NCBI GenBank assembly: GCA_964016885.1
Contig: OZ024740.1
Location: 378,200,001 to 378,264,000 of the forward strand
Length of the DNA stretch: 64,000 nt
Direction: 5' to 3'
Source: Eledone cirrhosa
Lineage: Eukaryota
Below, piece by piece: positions 12,801-27,800 of the stretch (its first letter is position 1; each line of letters begins with the position of its first letter). Below the pieces are notes generated by a model. It ran no database searches. It worked only from the letters and a program-made list of their open reading frames with translations, and had not been told where the DNA came from. The position numbers and the translations under genes are program-made.

Positions 12801-15800
12801 AACTGTGCTATAACTCTTTCTGTTACTTTCATGACCTGGTCCATCAGCTTTATACCTCTATAGTTTCCTCTATCGAGTGCATCACCTTTACCTTTGTAGC
12901 AGTTGAGAATGATGCTACTGCACCAATCTTTTGGTATGACACCTTCTAGTATTACCTGGTTAACAATACGTGTGGTTATAGTGTGACCTACAGACCCAGA
13001 TGCCTTCAGCATCTCGGCAGCTATACCCGATGGACCGGTTGCCTTCCCCATCTTCATATCTTTGATTGCCTTACTTACTACGTTGCTGCTGACTTGTACT
13101 GCTGGCCCCTCTATAGGGTCTACTTGGGGTAGGGTCTCTTCTTCCCATGCATTCTCCTCATTTAGTAATCTATCATAATGACTCTTCCATGCATCTTTCT
13201 TCTCAGCACTTGTGAGGGCAAGCTCACCTTTATCATTCCGGATACACTTCTCTCCAATGACATCACAATTCTCTCTGACACACTGCCTCGCAATCTTGAA
13301 CACCTCCTGTTTCTGGTCCTCACGTTGCAAAACATGCTTGAATTTTCTATCCTCTGCTTCCCTCCTAGCTAAGTATACTTGTCGCCTAGCTTCCCTCTTG
13401 GTCTCTCTGTAATGTACCCTGCTCCCCCTGTTCTTCCATTCTTTCCATGCCTGTCTCTTGGCCTTAACTGCTTCATCTACCTTATTGTTCCACCACCAAA
13501 TCACTCTCCTCCTGCTTGAGGTCTTACTCCAGCCACAGACCTCATCCGTCGCCTCTAGTAAATTATTTTTTAGGAACTCCCAGTTCTCTTCTACATTGAA
13601 TGTCTCTATCTGTTCTTCTTTACTGTCGTAGGCGTTGAGTAAAATATCTTTAAATCTGTTACTGGTTGAGAGGTCTTTCAGCTTCCAGGTTGGCCTCTGT
13701 TTCCAGGTTCGTCTAGTTCTGACCGTGAGGTCGCTGACAACTAAGCTATGTTGGGATGTACATTCTTCACTAGGGAAGGCTTTTGTGTTTACGACCGTCC
13801 ATCTGTCACGTCCTCTGATGAGGATAAAATCTATCTGACTGGAGTGCTCCCCTGATCTATAGGTGATCAGGTGGTTGTCGGGTTTTTTAAAGTTTGTGTT
13901 ACATATCGACATGTCATTGGCGTCGCAGAATTCTAGAAGTCTGAATCCTTCCTCATTTCTTGTGTCAACCCCATGGCCTCCATGTACTCTATTGAAGCCG
14001 TCGCAGTGTTTACCTATGTGTCCGTTAAAATCTCCTGCGATGATTAGGAAGTCATTGTCGTCTGTTAGAGCAGTAGTGTGCATTAGGGACTAGTAAAACC
14101 TATCCTTAAGTTCGTCTGGCAGCCCCGATTGGGGTGCGTAAGCTGATATTATTGTGGTAATTGTTTTATTCAGCACTAGTCTGAGTTTAATGATTCTTGC
14201 ATTTACCCTGTACACTGAGATTACTTTATCTACCCACTTGTCAGCTAGTAGTATACCTACACCACCCATCCCATCGTCATTTCCCACCCAGAAAAATTTG
14301 TAGCACCGACTTTTTCCTACAAGGACTCTGGCAGACTCTCCTCTCCATCTAGTCTCTTGCACACAGCATACATCAATTTCCTTTCGCTCTAGCATTTCTA
14401 CGATTTCTCCTGCTCTTCCTTTCATTGAGCCTACATTGATGGTACCAACTCGGAGTTTTGGGCATTTGTCGACACTCGTAGGGAAGGGTCTCTGGATTGG
14501 CGCTTCACATGGGTGCTTGGTAGCTTGCAGATTCATATTTCATCTATTGATTCAGAGTTGCTCAAATTTATTCTCAGCTCATCCATCCATAACGGTAGGA
14601 AAATTGAGGGCTAGAAGAACAGTGGTGGTGGGATAATGGCAGGGTGTGTTGGGCTGCGACAGGGGAGGAGAGAGTTAGTTAGGTAGTAGTAGTAGTAGCA
14701 GCAGAAGAAATGGCATGCTGAGGTTTGATTGGTCGAATAGGCTATGGTGGTGTGAGGGGTGGGAGGGAAATTGTGAGGTAGGCACTGAGGGTCGCCGTCA
14801 AGGCTAACAAACTAACCGATAGAATACCGCATGGCAAAATAGCCGATATAATACAGCAACAATAATATTGATAATAATAGCGTCATAAGAGCTAAATACC
14901 TTCGAAAAATTTGTATGGATGGAAGGCTGTTATATTGCCTATGATTATTTAGAATGTTATTTCTTGGAAAATAAAATGGTTATATCAATGATTATATGTA
15001 TTTTTTGCCTTTCAAGCTTTGATTGTAAATGTTGATAAAAGAATAACTCTGGAGGATTTCAAGAAAGAACTGGAATCTTACATTGGATTATCTTCTGAAA
15101 ATTTTAAAGTAAATATAACCTTTTTTCATTGTTTTATTTCAATAAATATATTGTAATTTTTCAGATGATATTTTTAAAACGCAAAATTCAAAGCTGAGTC
15201 TTTTTTCTTTATCATGGCTTTCTTGTGGCAGTTGAGATAAAGCTATTGGGGTAGTTGGTAATGACTTCAATTATTCCTACTATTCTACAGTAAATAAGTA
15301 AACCAAAAGTATTTATTTCTTGGGATAGAAATGGCATTTAATATTTGGGTAAAAGCTAGTGAAACATAATCCTGCAAGTCAGCATTGAACATACAATAAA
15401 TATCATTTATCTATAATATTTTGAATACAAATTTTGATATTGACAGATATGCTGCTGTAAAAAAAAAATATTGGCCTTTTTGCCTACAGTAGAAATCATT
15501 ATTTTTAATAATGAAATTGCTGGATTTGTTTCAGTCACATTTTTTATTTTTTATTTTTTTTTTTTATAGGTTTTCAAAGTTTACTCTAACAATCAAGAAT
15601 TTGAAAGTACACAACTGAATGAGAATTTGTCATTTCTAGAAGATGGAAAGGTAATTTTTTTCTTAATATTTCTTTGTGTGTATTCAGAACATAAATTTCA
15701 AATTGTTTTGATGCTTAGGAAACAATGCTACACTTTGCAGAATGATAAAACAAATACTTGAAATTGTTTTAAAATTAAATGGATATATAGAAGTTAGTAT

Positions 15801-18800
15801 TTAGTAATAAGAGGGAGAATGTCATCATTAAATAATATGGATACTGAATTCAGTTAAAATTTCCAGTTTACAATTTTGTGTTTTTCACTTTAGAATTAGC
15901 AATTACTTTAACCATTAGCATATTTTACACCTGTTAGGCCGAAATATTCCTGTCAATAGATGAGCATAAAGCATATTTTTCCTTACTTTAAAACTAATAT
16001 CTTAAATGATACACCTCCTCCAATCACTGGCATCTTAGATTGGCCAATGGTGGAGCTTCTGTGGGTTTGCTTGATTTGCTAAAATAACAGCCAAATTTCT
16101 TGAATCTGCCCATTGCACTCATCTATCTATTTCTCACTTTTCTTCTATGTATTCTTAAACTCCAATCCAAATGTCTTTTTTCTGCCTTTTCTTCTTTTAT
16201 GAATATTTTTGAGTGATAGGTAATGTCCCTCTTTGAATATAGTGACACAAGGAAAAAGGTTTAGTTATATTTCATCAGAAATCTGCAAAAATTAGTCTGT
16301 GGAAATGCCGTTATATTTTTCTCTTTGTAATAGCTAAATATTGTAATTGAAAAGAATTAGAAAGAAATCTTCATTGAATATGACCAAAGTGTTTGGATTA
16401 ATAAGAATTATTTGCCCACATTTTAAACCATGATTTGTTAGAGTAATATAAAATAAAACAATTAATCCCAACACATTTAAAAGTTTGAAATAAAGTTTCA
16501 ATTTGGAACCAATATAAAACGCACCCAGTACACTCTGTAAAGCAGTTGGTATTAGGTGGAGATTCCAGCTGTAGCAACCATACCAAAATGAGTCGAAAGG
16601 TGTCTTCAGTTTTGTCAAGGGCACGGCAGCTTTTCTAGAGTTACAGTACACTCTGAAAGGCATTTGGTGATAGGAAGGACATCCAGTTGTAGAAAACTTG
16701 CCAAACAAAGGGTCGAGAGGTCTGTTCAGTGCTAACGTTTACTTTTGGGAATGTTATATAAGTGAGGTTGATATAAATAATCCTCAACAGATAGTAAAGC
16801 TAAGCTTTTATAATAACTTTGAGTGCCTTAGTTATATATTCAAATATTTGTAGTAATTCAATAATGATTTAAAATTTAATATTTTGAGTATTTTTTTTGT
16901 TTGTATTATTTTTTTTTTTTAATTAACATATTTTAAAAATCTTTTTAATTTCTCAATAGCTGAATATTAAATTAGGTCGTGCTCTACGGCCAGGCGAGTA
17001 TCGAGTAAAAGTTTACCAATTATTGGTAGATGAACCTGAGGTAAGTTACATGTATTTTAAAAGAACTTTATTCTCTTTTTTCAAGTTGTATTTATTTCAC
17101 AATTTAAATTTATTTATGTATCTCTAATTGCTTAGTTTGATTTAAATTTAGAATATTCTAATATTTCAGATAAAGTATTATTTAATTTAAAAAAACATTT
17201 GTTTAAAAACATTTAGCAAAAACATCTTTTTAATGATATTTATTAAATAAGTCCTAATTTTTGAATTCAGTTGTTGTAAATGAACAGCAAAATGTTGCTA
17301 TCTTTAGAAGGAAAGTCTTATTTTAATATGAGGAAAAAAAAAAAAAAAAGAGACTATTTATTTGAGTGAGAGTAAGTTATACTAGTCAGAGAGAGAAGGG
17401 CAGTGCCCATGATTTTTTTTCAGGGCCTCTGAAACTGGTGAGAGGGAGGAAGAAAGGTTTCTTTAAACCTGAGACCCGAGGTCCAAATACTTGTAGGAGA
17501 ATAGACTCCACTAAAGGAACACAATGGTCAGTTGATGGTGTTAATCTCGGCAGCAAAAGGTTTTACCATTCAAATAGGCTATAGCAGGATTTGAACCTGG
17601 AACATAACATATTGGAACAAATACAGCCAGACATCTCGCCTGATGCTCTAACAATTTTGCCAATTCACTGCCTTGGACTGATACATTATTTTATTGATTC
17701 CGAAAGGATATACACACGAATATACTTATATTCTACATACCATTAATTGAATGCATTATTTTATGAGGCATTAAAGGTATGAGATTAAAATACTTACTGT
17801 AGACTAAAACGTATGTTTAAACTAGAGTACATTTCTCTACTAGCTTAAATCTACTTTGCTGAAATAGGTGTTGTTTTTATTTAGTTGTAATCATTATCTG
17901 TTCTGTATGGCTGTATGGTGATTGGCATTATGTAAAAATACTTGCTTGAAAAATTCAGATTAAAATATTTAAAATCTATGCCATGAATATAAAAAAGGAT
18001 TAAAAATGCGTAATATATCAATTACCTTTATTTGAGAAAATAAATGAATTTACATTTTCTCTTCATTAGCCTTGTAAATTTCTCATTGAAACGATATTTG
18101 CTAAGCGGATGAGTGTTCTTGAGTCAAAGCAACAAATTTTGGCTGAACTTAAAGAGCAGTGCAATTTAGATATACTTCTTTCAAGGTAAGTTATGTATGA
18201 AACTATATATCATCATTTAATGCTCATTTTCCCTGCTTATATCTTACTATCTATCTATTAAGAATTATTCCTGAACACGATGCAATCAAACATATTCTGA
18301 TAACTCACATATCAGTTCAAGATTTGTTTAAATAAATAATTTTGAGAATTTTTTAAATATAAAAACTGTTTTTTAGGATTAAACCTACCTATTAGAAAAT
18401 TAATTTTGTTTCACATCATCCAACTTAATGTCAAATGTCTTCACAATTATCGACTTTTTGACTTGAAAAACCTATTATTAGCTCATATGAGTCATTCTAT
18501 CACTGATAGGATGAAAAAGACTTCCACTTTTGGAAAGTGCGGGATATCACAATTCTTCCAATCCCTTAAAGAATCTTAAGATTTAGATCCTTTTTAATAA
18601 AATGTCAAGTATCTTAAGAATTATTCAAACATGCTCAGATAGCTCACAAATAGGTTTTAGATTTGTTAAAATAGATAATTTTGAGAATTTTGATGATGAT
18701 GATGATGATGATGTGCTCCTACCCTCAGCTACATCTCTGATATACCTTTCCTCTCCAGCCCATGCATGCATGAAAAACCAGACATGCTCCACAATATACC

Positions 18801-21800
18801 ACCAAACACAATTTACTCTCTTCAAGGCCATCCCCATGGCATGTTGCTTACTCTCAGAAAACAACATATAGCCTGATGCTTGCTTGCTCATTTTACACCC
18901 TCACTCTCATCACTGCCCTCCCTGCAGAGCTACTGATACAATGAGCACTCTAATTAATGTCTTAATTAGGTAATACTGGTGACATGATAAAACACCCAGT
19001 CTGATCCATAAAGTGGTTGTGCTGGTGTAATGACAAGAAAGCACTCAGTTCACCCTTTAAGGTGGTCATGCTGGTGCTCTAACATAAAAGCACCCAGGAC
19101 ATGCTGTAAAATTGTTGGTGTTAGGAAGGGAATCCAGCCATAGAAAACCAAACTGTATGTTTGTTTTCTTTTACTGAAGCCAAGTTTATGGCCAAACACT
19201 CATTCATCATCATCATCATCGTTTAACGTCCATTTTCCACATTACATATTAGTTCAGTAGTGTGTGTGTGTGTGCTAAAATATTTTCATTCTAATACGCC
19301 TAATAAAAAGTATAATGAGTGCCTTTCATTCAATCAATGACCTGACAACCCCTCTTGTGCTGGTTTTATGATAAAATGCATTCTGTACATTTTGTAAAGT
19401 AGTTAGTATTAGGAAGGGCATCCAACTGTTGAAATCATGCCCCCAAATCCTGAAAGAAGTTGTCAGTTGAGTCAAGGACCTGACGGCCTCCCTAGTACTG
19501 GTGCTAAAATAAAATGCACCCAGTACACTGAATTTTATCTGTGATAAAATCTTAATTTTACAATCCTTTGGATCAACACTTCACAAAGCCTACTCAGATT
19601 AGATTATATTAGTCTTAGTCTTAATCTGGCGGTGGATTGGCAGTATCGGTAGAGGGTTGGACGCCATGCTTTCTAGCATAGTTACGTCTCTTTACAGTCT
19701 GAGTTCAAATCCCGCCGAGGTTAACTTTGCCTTTCATCCTTACGGGGTCGATAAAATAAAGTACCAGTAATGTACTGGGTAATTGCTGGCCTTGTGCCTA
19801 AAGTAGAAACAATTATATTAGTCTTAGTCTTAGATTCTTCCGCACTGTTCGGCGCTTCGAGCAGTAAGTACTTGCCTATGGTCACGATCAGCGGCAACTT
19901 TTCGAGACCGTGCCAGGTGATGTTGGCTGCCAGGTGATCCTTGGGCAACCCTGCCTCCGTTTATTGCCAGGCGGAGTCCAGTCCATTGCTGTTTTCGAAT
20001 GCCGTTCATTTGGCAGACGCAGAATATGGCCAGCCAGACGGCACCGACGCTTCGTGACCACTCTCTGTAGTGTCGACGACTCGGCTCTCCGCAGGATCTC
20101 CTCGTTTCACACTCTGTCACGCCAGGACACACGAAGGATCTTTCGCAAGCACCGCTGGTGGAAAGCGTTCAGCCGTACTCTGCCAGGTCTCGCTCACATA
20201 AAGCACTGTCGGCAGCACGATGCTCTTATACAGGCGGAGCTTGGTCTTGGTGCTAATGCACGAAGACGACCAGACTGGGCACAGCTGCTGGAAAACTGCG
20301 GCTCTTTTGCCGATCCGACAGTTGATGTCGAGCTCTGTGTCGCCGCTGCTTGTCAGGATGCTGCCCAGATAGGGGAAGTGATCGACTTCCTCAAGGTCCT
20401 GTTGGTTGACTCTGATCACTGGACCTGTGTTGCTGGCCGTCCTCATGACCTTGGTCTTTTTGGTGTTGATTCTCAGGCCGATCTTTTCCGCACTCTCTTG
20501 TAGGGATGTTGTTAGGGCCTGCAGATCTGCACTGTTTTCAGCGATCAAAGCGATGTCGTCGGCGAATGCCAGGTCCCTCAGCCTCGACTGCCCTCTCCAT
20601 GGGATTCCTCGACCGGGTCCTTCATCCATTTGCCTTAGTACGAAATCGGCTGCCAGCAGGAACAACAGTGGAGAGAGAATGCAACCCTGTCTGACTCCGG
20701 AGACAATGTCAAAGAACTCCATCACACCGGACTCAGTCCGCACGCAGCAGCTGGAGTTTTCATACAGGGCCTTGAAAATGGAGATGAATCTTGCAGGAAT
20801 GCCGTACAGTTGCGCAACATTCCACAGCGACTCCCGGTGTGCACTGTCGAATGCCTTCTGGAAATTAATAAAATTGACCGCCAAAGGCTGTTGTAGCTCA
20901 ACGCATTGTTTGAGAATATTGCGTAGTGTAAAGATCTGTTCCGTGCAAGATCGATTTTTTTCGGAAGCCAGCTTGTTCCTCTCGGAGCACAGTCGACAGC
21001 CTGAGACTGACAGCAATGTGATAACCACGCCAGTTGTTGCAGTCTGCCAGGTTTCCCTTCTTCGGCAGTTTGATGATGACACCACGCTGCCACTCAAGGG
21101 GAACCCGACCAACCCTCCAGAGACTCCAGCAACCACTGAGGTACTCAGTCTGCGAGGATCATATCACCAAGCAAGAGACGAGAGATGCAATTAGCCACTT
21201 GAGGAACGGCAAAGCAGGCGGACTGGATGAGATCTCTGCTGAGCTGCTTAAATTCGGTGAGGAGAGCATGATAACCGTGCAACCAAGCGCATACCCTCCA
21301 TCAGACACCTACCATATTCTGAACGCCTTGCTTCCCTGGGCATGGATTCATTGAAGCTCCGACGTCTGGCAATGGACTTGGTAAATACCCACAAAGTTAT
21401 TAACCATCTCGCCAATTGCAACCCTGAGCACCTTTTTGATCGCCATGTGTCTAACACATGTGGACATGCCTACAAAATCAGAAAACAGCACAGCTCCCAT
21501 GACTTTCGTAAACATTTTTTCACGCTCAGAGTTGCTGAAGCATGGAACAAACTGCCTGCGTCAGTTGTTAGCTGCTGAGACACTGCATCCTTTAAGACAC
21601 TCATGCTTCCCGAAATACGCCAAAACTACACCTGATGTACCCCTTCCATACACATGCACACTTGTGTGTATCATGACTCATGCACTGTTCATTTTCCTGA
21701 TGTTTGTACATTACCCTATGTACTATACATACACTTTTTGATGAGTTGTAGTGCACCTGAGCACTGTACACAATATTTCATTATTATTATTATAGGGCGG

Positions 21801-24800
21801 TGGATTGGCAGTATCGGTAGAGGGTCGGACGCCATGCTTTCCAGCATAGTTACGTCCCTTTACGATCTGAGTTCAAATCCCGCCTAGGTTGACTTTACCT
21901 TTCATCCTTACGGGGTCGATAAAATAAAGTACCAGTAATGCACTGGTTTAATTGCTGGCCTTGTGCCTAAAGTAGAAACAATTATTATAACGGCGTTGAA
22001 ACTTGAAGATTATATTAAACCACCTGAAAGATTTAAAATTCGATTTTAGTGTTGTTTTAGATTGTATGAACATTAAATATAATTCCATATTGGAACTATA
22101 TACTATTTCTAACTTTTCCTGATTTTACATTATCAGTTTTTCTTTGAGAGAGAGAATGAATGTTTATTTTACTTTCCATTAATTGATGGACGAGTGCTCT
22201 CCCTTACTTAAGTTGAGCTGTGAAAAATGAAAATGCATTTTACAGCTCGCACCTATGTAGGTTTAGCTGATCTTCTACAAGGTTTCATCTCATAGATTTT
22301 TTTAGTAATAGTTCTATTATTAAAAGCAACGTGAAATTAAGTGACTTGCTCAAGAACACAACACGCTACCTTGGTCCAAGAATTAAATCACCGTCTTTAT
22401 GATCATAAGTCTAATCCCCTAACAACTAAGCTATACATCTGCATGATGAGCTGTTTCATTATTAGTTGAATATAATGGTTGTTATACAGATCTTTTACTG
22501 TTATTTCTTAAGACGAAATGTATCTATTAATGAGGCATTAGTCCTGTTGATCAAGGTTTTTTTTTCTTATCAAGCTATATTCAGGATAAGATTTGGACTC
22601 GGTATTGCAAGCATTTTAAAATTATAAAGTGTATTATTCCTTCCAACTGCAAATTGTATCTACCTTTTTAGGTGAATAGTCAATAATATTTAAGTATCTA
22701 TGTTATGGACAATGGTGTATTTGTAATGAGATGTACATCATCAATCCTTTGGCTGATTAACAAACACTATCAACATATAAGTTCATGTAATTTCTTTTAG
22801 TGTTAGGTTTGCTTGTTTCATTTGATATAATTGCAATGTACCTCAACTCATTTCATTTCACTTGTTTTTGGAGCCCATCATTGCATGAGGATTTGGGCAA
22901 CATAACCTATTTTGAGAGGGTGAGAAAGAGAAAAAGGGACGAAGAAGAATCAACCCTAGTACTACTGTCATGGACTGGTATTATATTGACCTTGAAAGGA
23001 TTAAAGGCAAAATTGATCTTGGTGGAATTTGGACTCGTAGTGCAGAGGGTGGAACAAATACCATTGACTCTGTCAATTCGATGCCTTATGCACACATATT
23101 TGCATGTTTGTATTTAAAATCAAAATAACTACACAAAGAAAATATTTATAGTTCCAAATAAAACTTTTCAAGATAAAAATGTAGAAAATATACTCCGTTG
23201 CTTTTTCTTAAGCTTTGGAAATTTATAGAAATTTATCATCCAATTTATCTAGAATGTTCTTATTTCTGGAAATTTTTCTTTTTTTTTTCTCTTCTTTCAT
23301 TGTGCTTAAAAATTATTACAAATAAGATTTTTTTTATCTATAAGATGTAAATTTATTTTTAAATATTCATTAAAAAATTGAATTTTGTTCAAATTTGAAT
23401 AATTTTATTCATTAATTTGATGTTCACTCTGATCAGATGCCGATTACGAAAGAAATCTTGGAAAAATCCTGGTGCAGTTTACCTAGACAATCAACTATAT
23501 GATGATGATATTTCTTTATATACACATTGGGAAATCTTTCTGGAAGTTTTGGAAGGTAAAGGCATAAGTTTCTTAAATAAAAAAAAATTTATTATATAGT
23601 TCAGATCGAATTGTAATCAGTTTTAAATAAAAGGGAATTTTTCCCAAGGCCAAGGTTCCACTGGTCAGTGACATATTAGAGTAGGTTTCTAATATGTCTG
23701 CAGGCCATACTGATAGTCATTGGCAGGTTTTAACAGATACATTTATATCAATTGGAACTGTTATGTCAATGAGGAGGCATTATTTTTGTCTGAAATCCTT
23801 CAATATAATGTCTAGCCTATTTGCATCTATCTTTGTCACTTTGAACAACAAAGTTCCATAGGAGAGAGATATGATATTTTTCAAGCACTGGAGGTGGTTT
23901 GTGTTTCCATTATTATTTATTAATTATTGTTGTTGTTTTATTTTTGATTCTGCAATTCATTTCTTTAATAACAGCATATTAAAGGTAAACTTGTATTATT
24001 TAATGTTAATGGGATTTCCTTCTATCAAAGAGTTTTACTTTTTGCTGCTCTGGAACATTACTAAAGTCTAAAACATATCTATCACTTTTTACTCACTCCA
24101 GGATGCTGAAATTAATAACTGTTTATTTTTTCAGTTTTGATTCAATAAAAGTTTACTAATCTGTGAAGTTTCATAGTTGGAAAAATATACATATTTTAAT
24201 AGGGTTTCTTTATATGTATATATATATATAAATATATAGTCCAACTCATGCAAGCATGGAAAAGGGGACGTAAAAATGATGATATTCATTTCTTGAGCCC
24301 TAACCACAGCTGCTGTGAACTCCACTGAATCCATCCTGGTATTGCTCCACATGTCCGTTGAAATTGCCTGCCAATTGCCTGTCTATAAGTAGACGAGAAG
24401 ACAGAACCCAGATCCCCTCAGGGAAATGGCCTTGCTCAGTATGTAGGAAAGGTGTAGGTAGGAACTCCATTCTTTGCCCCAAATGCAAACAATGGGTACA
24501 CAAGAGATGTAGCGGGATCTCAGGAAGCTTAATTAAGAATGTAGGATTCACATGCAGCAGCTGTGCTGAAACAGCAAGCAAACAGCCACAGGAAACAAGT
24601 ACCACCAATCTCTGGGAGGGCCCTGTAGAAACAGTAGACAGCTTCTGCTACCTAGGTGACCGAATTAGCAACGGAGGTGGGTGCTCAGAAAGTACAATAA
24701 CTAGGGTAAGAACGGGATGGAAGAAGTTTAGGGAACTACTACCACTGCTAGCTGCAAAAGGCTTCTCCCTCAGAATGAAAGGCAGACTGTATGATGCGTG

Positions 24801-27800
24801 TATCCGAACAGCGATGTTGCATGGTAGTGAGACCTGGGCGCTGAAGGTGGAAGACTTACGTAGATTAGAGAGAAACGAAGCCTGCATGCTCCGATGGATG
24901 TGTAACAGTAATATACGTGAACGACAAAGCATAAATGAATTGAGAGAGAGACTGAGCATAAGAGGAATCAAATGCTGCGTGCAGGAGAGGCGGTTACGCT
25001 GGTATGGACATGTGATGCGTATGAAGGATGACAGCTGCATAAAAAGGTGCAGAGCACTAGAAGTTGATGGAAACCGCGGAGTGGGGAGACCCAAGATGAC
25101 TTGGGATGAGGTGATAAAAGCCGACCTTACCCAACTACACCTCTCAAAGTCAATGACACACGACCGTGACTTCTGGCGTCACGCAGTAATACAGGGTACC
25201 CGACCTCCCATGGGTACATGCTGAAGCATATAAACAATATGCCCCCCCCCCCCACCGCAAGGTGGTCGTGGAGGTGCCACGGCAAAAAAGCACCCAGCCC
25301 ACACTGTAAAGTGGACGTGTAGGCGCCACGAAAAAGTACCCAGCACTCACTGTAAATGAGGTTGGTGTTAGGAAGGGCATCCAGCTGTAGAAATCAAGCC
25401 GGATCAGTTCCTGTATGAGCAAGGCATGGTCAGCCGACCAGACACTGCCCACAACAGGACAACCCGTCTAACCCATGCTAGCGTGGAAGAACGGACGTAA
25501 AACGGTGATGATGATGATGATGATGAAGATGATGAGATCTCCTTTATTGGTACCTGAAGTTGTCTTTGAAAGTTCCTCAAAACATTTCTCACTACATACA
25601 AAAGGATGACTGTATGACACCTGTGTGTGAAGTGTGATGCTGCATAGTAGTGAAACATGGGCTGTGATTGTGGAGGACATTTGTAGACTAGAGAAAAATG
25701 AAGCATCTGTGCTTCATTGGATGTGCAATGTATGAGAGAAAGGCAGAGCTTGGATGAGTTGAGGGAGAAGTTGAGTTTAAGAGGTATCCCAAGGTGGTGT
25801 GCAGGAGAGAAGACTGCGTTGGTATGGTCATGTGATGTACATGGACAGTGATCACTGGGTGAAGAAGTGCCAGGAAATCCCAGTAGAAGGAAGCTGCAGT
25901 AGAAGTAGACCAAGAAAGACCTGGGCAGAGGTTGTGAGAGCTGACCTCAAATCACAGACTCACAGGAGATGAGAAAGGAACACAATAAGTGGAGAGATGC
26001 CGTGCTGAGGACCAGTTTAACTCATGCAAGCATAGAAAAACGGATGTAAAAACAGTGATGATGATGATATATATATATATATATATATATATTCCCAAGA
26101 GGGAAGCTAGGCGACAAGTATACTTAGCTAGGAGGGAAGCAGAGGATAGAAAATTCAAGCATGTTTTGCAACGTGAGGACCAGAAACAGGAGGTGTTCAA
26201 GATTGCGAGGTAGTGTGTCAGAGAGAATTGTGATGTCATTGGAGAGAAGTGTATCCGGAATGATAAAGATGAGCTTGCCCTCACAAGTGCTGAGAAGAAA
26301 GATACATGGAAGAGTCATTATGATAGATTACTAAATGAGGAGAATGCATGGGAAGAAGAGACCCTACCCCAAGTAGACCCTATAGAGGGGCCAGCAGTAC
26401 AAGTCAGCAGCAGCATAGTAAGTAAGGCAATCAAAGATATGAAGATGGGGAAGGCAACCGGTCCATCGGGTATAGCTGCCGAGATGCTGAAGGCATCTGG
26501 GTCTGTAGGTCACACTATAACCACATGTATTATTAACCAGGCAATACTAGAAGGTGTCATACCAAAAGATTGGATCATTCTCAACTGCTACAAAGGTAAA
26601 GGTGATGCACTCGATAGAGGAAACTATAGAGGTATAAAGCTGATGGACCAGGTCATGAAAGTAACAGAAAGAGTTATAGCACAGTTGATTAGTGACCGGG
26701 TGAAACTAGTTGAGATGCAATTTGGGTTTGTACCAGGAAGAGGCACCACTGATGCCCTCTTCCTTGTGAGGCAGTTACAGGAAAAGTACCTAGCTAAAAG
26801 TAAGCCACTCTACCTGGCATTCGTCGATCTTGAGAAAGCCTTTGACAGAGTTCCACGTGCTGTAATCTGGTGGGCTCTTAGCAAACTAGGAGTAGATGAA
26901 TGGCTTGTGAAAGCTGTACAAGCCATGTATAGGGGAGCAATCAGCAAAGTTAGGATTAGCAATGAGTATAGCGAGGAATTTAGCGTACAGGTTGGGGTCC
27001 ACCAGGGCTCTGTTCTTAGCTCCCTCCTATTCATCATAGTCCTGCAGGCAATAAGGAGGAGTTTAAGACCGGATGCCCATGAGAATTCCTGTATGCTGAT
27101 GACCTCGCACTTATAGCTGAATCTATGGTAGAACTAGAGAAGAAATTTCAAACTTGGAAGCAGGGACTAGAAAGAAAGGGTCTCAAAGTCAACATGACAA
27201 AGACTAAGGTCCTTGTAAGTAGACGAGAAGACAGAACCCAGATCCCCTCAGGGAAATGGCCTTGCTCAGTATGTAGGAAAGGTGTGGGTAGGAACTCCAT
27301 TCTCTGCCCCAAATGCAAACAATGGGTACACAAGAGATGTAGCGGGATCTCAGGAAGCTTAATTAAGAATGTAGGCTTCACATGCAGCAGCTGTGCTGGG
27401 ACAGCAAGCAGCAAACAGCCACAGGAAACAAGTACCACCAATCTCTGGGAGGGCTCTGTAGAAACAGTAGACAGCTTCTGCTACCTAGGTGACCGAATTA
27501 GCAGCAGAGGTGGGTGTTCAGAAAGTACAATAACTAGGGTAAGAACGGGATGGAAGAAGTTTAGGGAACTACTACCACTGCTAGCTGCAAAAGGCTTCTC
27601 CCTCAAAATGAAAGGCAGACTGTATGGGCGCTGAAGGTGGAACACTTACGTAGATTAGAGAGAAACGAAGCCTGCATGCTCCGATGGATGTGTAATAGTA
27701 ATATACGCGAACGACAAAGCATAAATGAATTGAGAGAGAGACTGAGCATAAGAGGAATCAAATGCTGTGTGCAGGAGAGGCGGTTGCGTTGTATGGACAT

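Noticed and set aside
19628-19720. tRNA gene
   Set aside because: A and B boxes are present but run into a SINE core and tail, with a second copy and a TSD; no convincing cloverleaf.
24286-24385. Minus-strand endonuclease piece as a 5' inversion of the adjacent family-A copy
   Set aside because: Its sequence ([18 protein letters not shown]) is too diverged from family A ([18 protein letters not shown]); more likely an older independent fragment.
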